A DNA stretch of 64,000 bases from an uncultured Alphaproteobacteria bacterium (lineage in GTDB: Bacteria; Pseudomonadota; Alphaproteobacteria; Rhizobiales; Xanthobacteraceae), in assembly GCA_963786115.1 (NCBI GenBank), contig CAWAYC010000018.1:95507-159506 (forward strand), read 5' to 3'. Below the pieces are notes generated by a model. That model was given only the letters and a program-made list of their open reading frames with translations, was not told the DNA's origin and did no database searches. Below are positions 41,308 to 52,824 of this stretch, one piece after another (position 1 is the stretch's first letter; each line of letters opens with the position of its first letter). A program made the position numbers and the translations under genes.

Positions 41308-43000
41308 ATGCCTTCTGTCCCGCAAGCCGCTGATATCCTCGCTTGCCTCGGGCAGGCGACATTTGTGTGGGATATCGCGACCGACGCGATCGCCTGGAGC
41401 GCCAACGCCGCTTCGATCTTCCCTAATATTCCCGGCGAAACACTGGCGAACGGACGCGGAGTTCTCGAAATTGATTGAGCCGTCGCGTTCGATCCGCCTC
41501 GACGCGCTCGGTCGTTCGGTGCCGTCGCGCGGCGGCGAAGGCACCCCCTACCGGATCGAATATGGCGTACGCAACTCGATTTCAGCGCCGGTGATCTGGA
41601 TCGAGGAAACCGGATGCTGGTTTGCAGGTCCCGACGGCAAGCCCGCGCGGGCGCTGGGTGTCGTCAGCGTCAACAACGAGCGCCATGCCCGCGATGAGCA
41701 ATTATTGAAATTGTCGCGGCACGATCCCCTGACCGGCGAACTCAACCGCACCCATCTGGCCGCCTCGGTCGCCGAGGCCATCGAGGAATGCGTACGCTTC
41801 CGCTCGTCCAGCGCCTTCATGCTGATCGGCATCGATCATCTGGCGCGGGTCAATGATGCCTTCGGTTTTGACGTCGCGGACGCGGTGATCGCGGAGGTCG
41901 GAAAACGAATTCGCGCGCGGCTGCGCGGCGGCGACGTGCTCGGGCGATTTTCCGGCAACAAATTTGGCCTGATCCTGCGCAACTGCACGGTCGACGACAT
42001 CAGCGTCGCCGCCGAACGCTTCCTCGCCGCTGTTCGCGACGAGGTGGTGCCCACCAAATCCGGCCCCGTGTCGGTGACGGTGTCGATCGGGGCGGTCAGC
42101 GTGCCGCGCCATGCGCGCAACACCGACGAAGCGATCAACCGTGCCCAGGAAACGCTCGACGGCGCCAAGCGCCGCCGTGCCGGATCGTTTGCGCTGTGGA
42201 AGCCGAATGTCGAACGCGACGCCCAGCGCCGCGTCAATATCCGCGTCACCGACGAGATCGTCACCGCGCTGAACGAGCGGCGAATCGTCGTGGCGTTCGA
42301 GCCCGTCGTCGAGGCGCGTTCGCGCAACGCCGCATTCTACGAATGCCTGGTGCGGATGGAGCAGGAAAACGGCCTGGCGCTGCTGGCGGCGGATATCGTT
42401 CCTGTCGCCGAGCGGCTCGGCCTGATCCGACTGGTCGATCATCGCGTCCTCGAACTCGCGGTGGCGGAACTGGCAGCCTCGCCGAAGGTGCAGCTCAGCC
42501 TCAACATCTCCCCTGACACCACGATGGACCCGGACTGGTGGAGCTCCATCGAATCGCTGATGCGCGCGCATCCCGGCATCGGTGAGCGGCTGATCGTCGA
42601 GATTACCGAAACGGTGGCGATCCAGGATCTCGACGACGTGCGCGGTTTCGTCACGCGATTGAAGAATTTCGGCAGCCGGATCGCGATCGACGATTTTGGC
42701 GCCGGCAACACCTCATTCCGCAATCTGCGCAAGCTCGGCGTGGACATCGTGAAGATCGACGGCGCCTTCGTGCAGAACATCGCACGATCCGCCGACGACC
42801 GCGCCTTCGTGCAGACGCTGATCGATCTGGCGCGGCGGCTGGAGATCAAGACTGTGGCGGAATGGGTGCAGGACGAAGAATCTGCCGTGATGCTGCGCGA
42901 GTGGGGCTGCGACTATATCCAGGGCCGCCTGATCGGACTTGCGTCGCCGGAGCGTCCGTGGAGCAGGGCCACGGATACGGTGGTCCCGGCGGCGAGTTGA
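41308..43000 (+). CDS. PAS-like/GGDEF/EAL protein (frameshift near 41453)
   Basis: N-terminus MPSVPQAADIL..FVWDI in one frame; DPLTG, degenerate SGNKF, ECLVR, EITE, DDFGAG, VKIDG in the other. Confidence 0.88.
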
Positions 43001-43051
43001 CTTGTCGTCGCGGCGCGAACGCCGGGACGACGGAGCAGCGCGAAGAGATAA

Positions 43052-43651
43052 TTACTCTTCCTTCTTCGGCTCCTTCGACATGCGTTCGAGGCGTTCCTGC
43101 ATGTCTTTCATCTGGCGGCGAAGGTCGTCGATTTTGCCGTCGTCGGCCGCGGGCTCCGGAACCTTCTCCGGCTCGGGCGCGGTGGTGCCGGCGCGCGGCG
43201 GCACGAAGGGCTTGAACATCGAGAACGTCTGCTGGAACAGTTCCATGTTGCGGCGGACATGTTCCTCGAGCGGCGCGAAGGGCGTTCCGCTGAAGGTGTT
43301 GGTCAGCTGCTTGCGGAATTTTTCCTGCTCGCGCGTCAGCGTGTCGATCGACTGCTCGAGATACTTCGGCACCACCATCTGCATGCTGTCGCCGTAGAAG
43401 CGGATCAGCTGCCGCAGGAACGTGGTCGGCAACAGGTTCTGGCCGGCCTTGTTTTCCTGCTCGAAGATGATCTGCGCCAGCACCGAGCGGGTGATGTCGT
43501 CACCCGTCTTGGCGTCATAGACGAGGAAATCCTCGCCGTCTTTCACCATCGCCGCGAGATCCTCGAGCGTCACATAGGTGCTGGTGCCGGTATTATAGAG
43601 CCGCCGGTTGGCGTATTTCTTGATCGTGGTGGGGTGTTCTGACTTTGCCAT
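43052..43651 (-). CDS. phaR: PHA synthesis repressor
   Basis: IKKYANRRLYNT, DITRSVLAQII, FLRQLIRFYG. Confidence 0.97.
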   Translation of the reverse strand: MAKSEHPTTIKKYANRRLYNTGTSTYVTLEDLAAMVKDGEDFLVYDAKTGDDITRSVLAQIIFEQENKAGQNLLPTTFLRQLIRFYGDSMQMVVPKYLEQSIDTLTREQEKFRKQLTNTFSGTPFAPLEEHVRRNMELFQQTFSMFKPFVPPRAGTTAPEPEKVPEPAADDGKIDDLRRQMKDMQERLERMSKEPKKEE

Positions 43652-43713
43652 GGGCTCACATATACACACCGAGAGCGGGAACCCGACGGCATCGCCGCAG
43701 GGCGGACGAACAA

Positions 43714-43725
43714 CGCAACGCAGCA
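43714..43725. promoter_or_regulatory. Candidate PhaR box
   Basis: CGCAACGCAGCA resembles the TGCnnCGCA-type PhaR motif (recalled consensus); similar TGCGGCGCA at 45196-45204 before phaB. Confidence 0.4.
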
Positions 43726-43962
43726 AAGGTAAGCATTTTCAATGCGGTTCGGCTACCGTTTTGTGCGGCACGGTTAATTACAAAGCATAGACGCTGCTCA
43801 GGAAACCGCCAAGAACGTCATTTTGAATGCGCCGCGGCCGAATTTCGGCAACTGGCCGATTGACTTGCATCAACGACGTTAACAGGATGGACTACGAAGA
43901 TAGGCCCACCATCCGGCCACCGAGGTCCAGAAAACCTCAAGCCCGAGAAACCAATCAAGGAG

Positions 43963-45147
<1,185 letters not shown>

Positions 45148-45221
45148 ACAACAGGCAGCGTGATCGGTTGAATGATGAAAAGATCATCTGTCAACTGCGG
45201 CGCAAGCTGGTAAAAAATGGG

Positions 45222-45250
45222 AATGCCCGGTCTCGCGCCGGGCATTTTTG
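45222..45250 (+). terminator. Intrinsic terminator between phaA and phaB
   Basis: AATGCCCGG-tctcgcg-CCGGGCATT followed by TTTG. Confidence 0.7.
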
Positions 45251-45351
45251 TCTCCTAAGCGTTCAAGAGTGCTTCAAAGGTGAAGATTGAACTTCGTCAA
45301 ATGACCGGTGACAATTCCGGCCCATAAAAGACGTCCAAGGAGGAGGAAAGC

Positions 45352-46077
45352 ATGGCACGTGTTGCATTGGTGACGGGCGGTACCCGTGGCATTGGCGCCG
45401 CAATCAGCAAGGCGCTGAAAGCGGCAGGCTACAAGGTGGCGGCGAGCTACGCCGGCAATGACGCGGCGGCCGAGAAGTTCAAGGCCGAGACCGGCATTCC
45501 CGTCTACAAATGGGATGTCAGCTCATTCGACGCCTGCGCCGAAGGCATCAAGAAAGTCGAGGCCGACGTTGGGCCCGTTGACGTGCTCGTCAACAATGCC
45601 GGCATCACCAAGGATACCGCCTTCCACAAGATGACGCTCGAGCAGTGGACCGCTGTCATCAACACCAATCTCGGTTCGCTGTTCAACATGACGCGCCCGG
45701 TGATCGAGGGCATGCGCGCGCGCAAGTTCGGCCGCATCATCAGCATCTCCTCGGTCAACGGCCAGAAGGGCCAGTTCGGTCAGGTCAATTATTCCGCCGC
45801 CAAGGCCGGCGACATCGGCTTCACCAAGGCGCTCGCGCTGGAGAACGCCAAGGGCGGCATCACGGTCAACGCGATCTGCCCCGGCTATATCAACACCGAA
45901 ATGGTGCAGGCGGTGCCGAAGGACGTTCTCGAAAAGAACGTGATACCGCAGATTCCGGTCAACCGGCTCGGCGAGCCCGAAGAGATCGCCCGCGCGGTCG
46001 TCTTCCTCGCCGCCGACGATGCCGGCTTCATCACGGGGTCGACTCTGACGATCAACGGCGGGCAGTATCACGCCTGA
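45352..46077 (+). CDS. phaB: Acetoacetyl-CoA reductase
   Basis: TGGTRGIG, NNAGIT, GQFGQVNYSAAK, PGYINTEM. Confidence 0.97.
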   Translation: MARVALVTGGTRGIGAAISKALKAAGYKVAASYAGNDAAAEKFKAETGIPVYKWDVSSFDACAEGIKKVEADVGPVDVLVNNAGITKDTAFHKMTLEQWTAVINTNLGSLFNMTRPVIEGMRARKFGRIISISSVNGQKGQFGQVNYSAAKAGDIGFTKALALENAKGGITVNAICPGYINTEMVQAVPKDVLEKNVIPQIPVNRLGEPEEIARAVVFLAADDAGFITGSTLTINGGQYHA

Positions 46078-46120
46078 TTTGACCGCACGTCGTTATTGCG
46101 CGCGAAGCTGCGCATGACTT

Positions 46121-46234
46121 GTCATGCCCGGGCTTGTCCCGGGCATCCACGTCTTTAAAAGCCCTCGGGTGAAAAAGAACCTGGATGGCCGGGAGTCTGC
46201 GAAGGCGCGCTTCGCGCTTTTGCCCAGCCATGAC
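46121..46234. repeat. REP doublet (family C, GTCATGCCCGGGCTTGTCCCGGGCATC...CATGAC)
   Basis: Terminal GTCATG/CATGAC with internal hairpins; arm also at 21561. Confidence 0.8.
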
Positions 46235-46251
46235 GGAAAGTGCTTCGGCTG

Positions 46252-47118
46252 ATGACCTCCCGCACCGCTACGCTGATCGGATTGACCGCGATCCTGATGT
46301 GGTCGCTGCTTGCTGTGCTGACGGTCGCGACCGGCAAGATCCCCGCCTTCCAGCTCGCCGCCATGACGTTTGCGATCGGCGCCGCGGTCGCGTTCGCAAG
46401 CTGGATCTGGCGGCCTGCCGCGTTCGCGGCGCTGAAACAGCCGCTGGTGGCCTGGGTCGTCGGCGTCGGCGGGCTGTTCGGCTATCACGCGCTGTATTTC
46501 CTGGCGCTGCGCTTTGCGCCGCCGGCTGAAGCGGGGCTGTTGAACTATCTCTGGCCGCTTTTGATCGTGTTGTTCTCGTCATTGCTGCCGGGCGAACGGC
46601 TCGCACCGCACCACATCATCGGCGCGTTGCTCGGGCTCGCGGGAACCGTGCTGTTGTTTGTCGGCAATACCGGCAGTTTTGCGCCCGGGCAGATACCCGG
46701 ATTGGCCGCCGCTTTCGTCGCCGCCTTTGTCTGGGCCAGCTATTCGGTGATGTCACGCCGGCTCAAATCGGTGCCGACCGATGCGGTGGCCGGTTTCTGT
46801 CTCGCAACCGCGCTGCTTGCGGCGATCGTGCATGGGCTGGTCGAGACCACGGTCTGGCCGGAGACCTCGGCGCAGTGGCTCGCGATAACAGCGCTCGGCG
46901 TCGGTCCTGTGGGAGTCGCCTTTTTCACCTGGGATATCGGCATGAAGCGCGGTGATATCCGCGTGCTCGGCGCGGCATCCTATGCGACGCCGCTGCTCTC
47001 GACCGCGTTCCTGATCATGGCGGGATTTGCAAAACCGAGCGCCAACATCGCCGTCGCCGCGATCCTGATTGCCGGTGGCGGGTTGATTGCCGCGAAGGAT
47101 ATGGTCTGGAAGAAGTAG
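46252..47118 (+). CDS. EamA/YddG-like transporter
   Basis: ATLIGLTAILMWS, LLNYLWP, WDIGMKRG. Confidence 0.88.
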   Translation: MTSRTATLIGLTAILMWSLLAVLTVATGKIPAFQLAAMTFAIGAAVAFASWIWRPAAFAALKQPLVAWVVGVGGLFGYHALYFLALRFAPPAEAGLLNYLWPLLIVLFSSLLPGERLAPHHIIGALLGLAGTVLLFVGNTGSFAPGQIPGLAAAFVAAFVWASYSVMSRRLKSVPTDAVAGFCLATALLAAIVHGLVETTVWPETSAQWLAITALGVGPVGVAFFTWDIGMKRGDIRVLGAASYATPLLSTAFLIMAGFAKPSANIAVAAILIAGGGLIAAKDMVWKK

Positions 47119-47230
47119 GTGGCTTCTGATGCTCAGACTGGTGCTAATCCTTTTCGCGGCCGCGTGTCTGGCGCCTGACGGTCCGGTTGCTGCTTGAAAT
47201 GGCGCAGGCTTCGCCGGATGGAATCACGGG

Positions 47231-47662
47231 CTATGCGGGCTCCCAATCCTTCGGCGCCAGCTCGAACGTCGCAAAGTCAAATCCGGGCGCGACGGTGCAG
47301 CCGACCAGGGTCCAGTCGCCGGTGCTTTCGGCGGATTGCCAGGTATCCGGCGAAACGATCGCCTGCGGCTGCTCGCCTGCAGCGACGTCGGGGCCAAGTC
47401 TGAAGCTCCAGTGCCCGTCGTCATCAGCAATCTTCAATGTCAGCGCGCTGCCGGCATAATAGTGCCAGATCTCCACCGCATCGATGCGGTGCCAGTGCGA
47501 GCGCTCGCCGCGCGCCAGCAGGAAATAAATCGCGGTCGACCGTGCCCGACCGCTCGCATCCACGCGGCTATCACGAAACGTCTCGCGATAATGCCCGCCT
47601 TCCGGATGCGGCCTTAAATCGAGCCGCGCGATGATGTCGGCGGCGGAGGGCGGCAATGCCAT
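47231..47662 (-). CDS. DUF985 cupin
   Basis: PHPEGGHYRET, TAIYFLL, EIWHYYAG, CTVAPGFDF. Confidence 0.92.
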   Translation of the reverse strand: MALPPSAADIIARLDLRPHPEGGHYRETFRDSRVDASGRARSTAIYFLLARGERSHWHRIDAVEIWHYYAGSALTLKIADDDGHWSFRLGPDVAAGEQPQAIVSPDTWQSAESTGDWTLVGCTVAPGFDFATFELAPKDWEPA

Positions 47663-48429
47663 CAGGACTTGTTCTTGCGTTCGCGCAATTCGCCAAACAC
47701 GTCGGCGGCGTTCGCGCCCTTCATGTGCAGCCTGGCCGCCACCGCAGGCTCGTCGGCGCGGAGGAACACATTGGCCTTTTTCTCTTCGCCGAGCAGCGTC
47801 GGGATCGTCGGCTTGTTCTCCGCGCGCAGCCGCGTCACCTCCTCGGCACGCGCCTTCAGGGCTGGATTGTCGGGCTCAACCGTCAGCGCGAACTTGACGT
47901 TGGAGGCGGTGTATTCATGGCCGCAATACAGGCTGAAATCGTCCGGCAACGCGCGCAGCTTCAACAGCGAATCCCACATCATCGGATAGTTGCCCTCGAA
48001 CACCCGGCCGCAGCCGATCGAAAACAGCGTGTCGGCGGCGAACACCGCCTTCTCGCTGTCGAACACATAGGAGATGTGGTCGAGCGTGTGGCCGGGCGTT
48101 TCCAGCACCCGGGCCAGGAGGGTGCCGACCTTGATGACGTCGCCGTTGGCGGCGCGCAGGTCGACATTGGCGATCTTCGTGGACTTGTCGTGCGGGCCGA
48201 TGACGCGGCAGTTATATTTTTGCTTCAGTTCGGCAACGCCGCCGACATGGTCGCCGTGATGGTGGGTGATCAGGATGTCGGTCAGCGTCCAGCCTTCGCG
48301 TTCCAGCGCCTTGATGACCGGTGCGGCTTCGGGGGCATCGATCGAGGCGGTCGCCTTCGTCGCGGGGTCGTGGATCAGATAGCCGAAATTGTCGGTGAGG
48401 CAGGTGAACAAGCGAATTTCTGCAGACAT
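47662..48429 (-). CDS. gloB: Hydroxyacylglutathione hydrolase
   Basis: THHHGDHVGG, TPGHT, DTLFSIGCGR, CGHEYT. Confidence 0.96.
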   Translation of the reverse strand: MSAEIRLFTCLTDNFGYLIHDPATKATASIDAPEAAPVIKALEREGWTLTDILITHHHGDHVGGVAELKQKYNCRVIGPHDKSTKIANVDLRAANGDVIKVGTLLARVLETPGHTLDHISYVFDSEKAVFAADTLFSIGCGRVFEGNYPMMWDSLLKLRALPDDFSLYCGHEYTASNVKFALTVEPDNPALKARAEEVTRLRAENKPTIPTLLGEEKKANVFLRADEPAVAARLHMKGANAADVFGELRERKNKS

Positions 48430-48560
48430 GATATCTCCCCGAACAAACAGGCTGGTAACGCTAACACGCCCTGTATGGGTGGGAAATATGGCGTTAACGC
48501 TTCCGCGGCAACGCAATTTTCTGCACGCCGCGCGGAATAGCCACGTGTTAGATTGAACCT

Positions 48561-49328
48561 ATGGATGTGATCGATCTCCGCGACTTCTATTCGCAGCGCC
48601 TCGGCAGCGTGGCGCGGCAATTGATCAATCGCGGTATTCGCGCGCGGTGGCCCGACGCGGAAGGGCTGCGCGTGCTCGGCCTCGGTTATCCGACGCCCTA
48701 TCTCGGGTTGTTCCGAGAGGACTCGGAGCGCTGCATCGCGTTCATGCCGGCGGCGCAGGGCGTGTTGAAATGGCCGACGGCGCGCCCGGCGCTGGCGACC
48801 CTGATCGACGAGTTTTCCATGCCGCTGCCGGATGCCGCGGTCGACCGCGTCCTGCTGGTGCATGCGCTGGAAATGTCCGACGACCCGGAGCGGCTGTTGC
48901 GCGAGGTTTGGCGCGTGCTGGCGCCGTCCGGCCGGCTGATCGCGGTAATTCCCAATCGCCGCGGGGTGTGGACGCGCACCGACAGCACGCCGTTCGGTCA
49001 CGGGCGGCCGTACTCGCGCGCGCAGATCACGCAACTGTTGCGGCAGACCTGGTTCACGCCGACGGCGTGGGGCGAGGCGCTGTTCATGCCGCCGGTCGGA
49101 AACGGCTGGTTCCTGCGCTCGGCGATGGCATGGGAGCGTGTTGGCGCCGCACTGTCATTGCCGTTCGCCGGCGTGCATATCGTGGAAGCGACCAAGCAGG
49201 TTTACCGCGCACTTCCCGCGCACCGTGAACGGACGCGGCTCATTCCGTCGCTGCAGCCAGTGCTGGTGCCATCGTCGACGGCGACGCGGGCGATATTATC
49301 TCCCCGTCGTCCCGGCCGGGACCCGTAA
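48561..49328 (+). CDS. Class I SAM methyltransferase-like protein divergent from gloB
   Basis: VLGLGYPTPY, REVWRVLAPSG, TPFGHGRPYS. Confidence 0.85.
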   Translation: MDVIDLRDFYSQRLGSVARQLINRGIRARWPDAEGLRVLGLGYPTPYLGLFREDSERCIAFMPAAQGVLKWPTARPALATLIDEFSMPLPDAAVDRVLLVHALEMSDDPERLLREVWRVLAPSGRLIAVIPNRRGVWTRTDSTPFGHGRPYSRAQITQLLRQTWFTPTAWGEALFMPPVGNGWFLRSAMAWERVGAALSLPFAGVHIVEATKQVYRALPAHRERTRLIPSLQPVLVPSSTATRAILSPRRPGRDP

Positions 49329-49434
49329 CCACCTGCGTTGAATGTTTAGGTAAACGTGCCTCGAATAATGGCCGCGGCGCCGCGATGAGCGCAATCACGC
49401 TCACCGCCCGGAACCCGGCGTTCGCCGGGACGAC
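49306..49434. repeat. Family A REP doublet
   Basis: GTCGTCCCGGC at 49306; GCCGGGACGAC ending at 49434. Confidence 0.75.
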
Positions 49435-49451
49435 GCATTCAGAGAGCGTGC

Positions 49452-50192
49452 TTACTCGTTCCCCGGATTAAAATCTTCGCTCGGCGCGGCGGGCGCCGCC
49501 GCGCCCTCGGGACGCGGGCCGTGTGGCCGGCGGCGCCGGCGCGGGAAGCGCTCGCGTTCGCCGCGTTCACCAGCACCGCCTTCGAAGCCGGGGGTGCCAT
49601 TCACTTGCGGCTGCGGACCGCCGGTGATGAACGAGGGCAGGCGATCGACGCTGCCATTGTCGGCGAGCACCGGCTGCGGCTGGTTCTGCGGTTGCGGCTG
49701 ATATTGCGGCGGCGGCGGACGATGCTCGCGCTCGCGATGATGTTCGCGCGGCTGCTGGTCGCGCTGAAACTGTGGCTGCCCACTGTCGCGGACGTAGGGC
49801 TGCGGCTGCTGCGGAACGAAGCCGGGCTCCTGGCCGAAATTCGAGAAGCTTTCTTCGTCGTCACCGTCCTCGGTGGCCAATTCGGCATCGGGACGCGGTT
49901 GCGGCTGATTCTGCCGAAACTGCTCCTGGGCCGCTGCGATGAGGCGGAAATAATGTTCGGCGTGCTGGTAGTAGTTTTCGGCTGCCACCGGATCGCCGGA
50001 GGAGCGTGCATCGCGTGCCAGCTGAACGTATTTTTCCGCAACGTGGGATGCAGTGCCGCGGATCTTGATGTCGGGTCCGTTCGATTCGAACACCCGTGTC
50101 ATCGGGTTTTGACCGCGCCGGTTATTGTTGTTGTTGTTATTATTGTTGTTATTCCGGTTGCGCATCCGCTTGTTGTTTTGACCGTTTCTCAT
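49452..50192 (-). CDS. DUF4167 protein
   Basis: FESNGPDIKIRGTA, EKYVQLARDA, ENYYQHAEHY, LPSFIT; poly-Asn N-terminus. Confidence 0.9.
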   Translation of the reverse strand: MRNGQNNKRMRNRNNNNNNNNNNNRRGQNPMTRVFESNGPDIKIRGTASHVAEKYVQLARDARSSGDPVAAENYYQHAEHYFRLIAAAQEQFRQNQPQPRPDAELATEDGDDEESFSNFGQEPGFVPQQPQPYVRDSGQPQFQRDQQPREHHREREHRPPPPQYQPQPQNQPQPVLADNGSVDRLPSFITGGPQPQVNGTPGFEGGAGERGERERFPRRRRRPHGPRPEGAAAPAAPSEDFNPGNE

Positions 50193-50652
50193 GTCTAGCC
50201 TTCTATTCCAGCCCTAAGTTTCTAGCGTTGAATTGCTTTTGTGGTGTCGCTTCACGTCGTTCCGGCGCGCGCCAGCGCACACCGAATCACGATGCCGTTC
50301 AAATGCGTGCCAATTTCGCCAACCATCGCGTTCAACAAAGACGCGTTCCCCAACCGCCAGCGCTCATCGCCCAGCGGACCAAATCATTTGGCCTGCCAAG
50401 GCAAGCCCAGTTCTCTTACGTAAGTCTTCAAGCGCAATATCAGGCTTTCGTTCGCTTGGCGGTCAAGAGCAGCACAGCCCCGGCTATTGCGCTCAATTGG
50501 ACCTGCGTTTTGGAACCCTTCAATCGGCCGGCTCTCGCTCCGAGAGCCCTGGTTTCCACCGTACGGATACGGGGCCAACGCCGATGGTATAGCCGGAACG
50601 TAATCGTTCCCGGGGGATATTCCAAGAGGTTTTTTTGTGTTCCAATAGGACT

Positions 50653-51522
50653 TTATCGGGGCAATTTTCGCCCTGCCACGGCCCGTTTGATGCCCGCCAG
50701 ATCGGCTTTGGGCGGGGAGGCAGTGATTAGCCCGGAAGCCGTCATCAAGGCTTCAATCTCGCCGCTCTGGCCCTGGCCCGCCTCCACGACCAGCACGGCG
50801 CCCGGCGCCAGAAAGCCCGCAGCCTGTGGGACCAGCGCGCGATAGGCATCAAGCCCGTCGGCTCCGCCATCGAGTGCGGCGCGCGGGTCGTGCTCCCTGA
50901 CGTCGCGGGCGAGATGTTCGATATCCGCCGAGCGGATATAGGGCGGGTTCGACACGATCAGGTCGAACGTGCCGGACAGTCCCGATGCGTAATCGCAGGC
51001 GACGAAGGTTGCGCGGTCGGCGAGCCCCAATCGCGCCGCGTTGTTGCCGGCGGTTTCCAGCGCGTCCGCGCTGATGTCGGTGCCGCAACCGCGCGCTGCC
51101 GGTAATTCCGACAACAGCGCCAGCAGGATCGCACCCGAACCGGTGCCGAGATCGGCGATGCGCAACGGCCGGTTGGCAGCGTTATCGGCGCGCAGGATTT
51201 CGAGCGCGAGTTCGACCACCGTCTCGGTATCGGGCCGCGGCACCAGCGTGGCAGCGGATAGTTTTAGCGGCAGTCCCCAGAATTCCTTAAACCCGAGGAT
51301 GCGCGCGACCGGCTCGCCGGCGAGACGGCGGCGCGCGAATTCATCGAGACGATTCGTTTCATCCAAAGTGAGCCGCCGGTGCGCTCCGGTGATCATGCCG
51401 GTCAGATCAAGGCCGAGCGCCGTGCCCACCAGCAGCCGCGCATCGAGTTCGGCCGAATCGATGGCGGCGGATTTGAAGCGTGCGGTGAGCGTACGTCGCG
51501 CGGTTTCGACGGTTTGACCCAT
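50653..51522 (-). CDS. prmC: Release factor glutamine methyltransferase
   Basis: GEPVARI, PRPDTE, DLGTGSG, NPPY. Confidence 0.96.
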   Translation of the reverse strand: MGQTVETARRTLTARFKSAAIDSAELDARLLVGTALGLDLTGMITGAHRRLTLDETNRLDEFARRRLAGEPVARILGFKEFWGLPLKLSAATLVPRPDTETVVELALEILRADNAANRPLRIADLGTGSGAILLALLSELPAARGCGTDISADALETAGNNAARLGLADRATFVACDYASGLSGTFDLIVSNPPYIRSADIEHLARDVREHDPRAALDGGADGLDAYRALVPQAAGFLAPGAVLVVEAGQGQSGEIEALMTASGLITASPPKADLAGIKRAVAGRKLPR

Positions 51523-51554
51523 CAGAGGGCGCCCTTGCGAAAACCTATCCGCGC

Positions 51555-51674
51555 GTCGTCGCTGCGAACGAAGGGGCCCATGCGCTGGGGCCCAGCGATG
51601 TGAGCGCTGGGGGGCGGCACCTTCAGCAGCAATAAACGCTTGTGGTTATGGGGCGCCGCGTACGCAGGGACGAC
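51555..51674. repeat. Degenerate family A REP doublet
   Basis: GTCGTCGCTGCG...CGCAGGGACGAC between prfA and prmC. Confidence 0.6.
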
Positions 51675-51691
51675 CCTGGACTCATTCCTGC

Positions 51692-52771
51692 TCACGCCGC
51701 GGCGCCTTGAGCGGCGAGTTGGGCGGCCTGGTGTTCGGTGGTCAGCGCATCGATCAATTCGCCGAGCGCTTCGCCGGAGATCACCTGCGGCAACTTGTAG
51801 AGTGTCAGGTTGATGCGGTGATCGGTGACGCGCCCTTGCGGGAAATTGTAGGTGCGGATGCGTTCGCTTCGGTCGCCGGAGCCGACCTTCTCCTTGCGGT
51901 CGGCCGAGCGCGCGGCGTCGACGCGCTGGCGTTCGGCGTCATAGATGCGCGAGCGCAGGATGTTCATCGCCGACGCCCGGTTCTTATGCTGGGAACGGCT
52001 GTCCTGCATCATGACCACGATGCCGCTCGGGATGTGGGTGATGCGGATCGCGGATTCGGTCTTGTTGACGTGCTGGCCGCCGGCGCCCTGCGCGCGCATG
52101 GTCTCGATCCGCAAATCATCGTTCTTGATGTCGACGTCGACTTCCTCGACCTCGGGCAGCACGGCGACGGTGGCGGCCGAGGTGTGGATGCGCCCTTGCG
52201 TCTCGGTATCAGGTACGCGCTGCACCCGGTGCACGCCGGACTCGAATTTCAGTTTTGCGAACGCGCCGCGGCCCTGCACCTCGGCGATAATTTCCTTGTA
52301 GCCGCCCACGGTGCCCTCGCTGGCCGAAATCACCTCGACCTTCCAGCCCTGCAAGGCGGCAAAGCGTTCATACATCCGGAACAGGTCGCCAGCGAAGAGC
52401 GAGGCCTCGTCTCCGCCGGTGCCGGCGCGGATTTCCAGCACCACGTTGCGGTCGTCCATGGCGTCCTTGGGCAACAACGCGACGCGGATCTTCTGCTCGA
52501 GTTCGGCCACCCGTGCCTGCAGCGTTTCAAGTTCGGCTTCCGCCATGCTGCGCATCTCGGGATCGACAGAGGAATCCGCGATCAGGCTCTCGGTATCTGA
52601 AATCTCGGCGCGGGCGGCGCGATAGGCCTTCACCCCCTCGATCAGCGGATTGAGCTCGGCGAGTTCGCGCGTGATCTGCACGTACTTCTCCGAATTCACC
52701 TGGCCAAGCAGCTCGGCCTCGAGCGAGGCGTGGTGAGCAAGCAGGATATCGAGTTTGGCTTCGGGTAGCAT
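51692..52771 (-). CDS. prfA: Peptide chain release factor 1
   Basis: GTGGDEA, PDT anticodon-mimic motif, [15 protein letters not shown]. Confidence 0.98.
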   Translation of the reverse strand: MLPEAKLDILLAHHASLEAELLGQVNSEKYVQITRELAELNPLIEGVKAYRAARAEISDTESLIADSSVDPEMRSMAEAELETLQARVAELEQKIRVALLPKDAMDDRNVVLEIRAGTGGDEASLFAGDLFRMYERFAALQGWKVEVISASEGTVGGYKEIIAEVQGRGAFAKLKFESGVHRVQRVPDTETQGRIHTSAATVAVLPEVEEVDVDIKNDDLRIETMRAQGAGGQHVNKTESAIRITHIPSGIVVMMQDSRSQHKNRASAMNILRSRIYDAERQRVDAARSADRKEKVGSGDRSERIRTYNFPQGRVTDHRINLTLYKLPQVISGEALGELIDALTTEHQAAQLAAQGAAA

Positions 52772-52824
52772 GGGACATTCTCAATGGCGGAAGATGGAAG
52801 CGGCGTTGTCGACGGAGAGCGTCG

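Noticed and set aside
50121-50153. AAC/AAT trinucleotide run as a phase-variation tract
   Set aside because: It is an in-frame poly-Asn with mixed codons, so length change would not switch the frame.
52768-52780. Possible extra base at the prfA start (ATGTCCCATG)
   Set aside because: An in-frame ATG gives a full-length protein, so no frameshift needs to be invoked.
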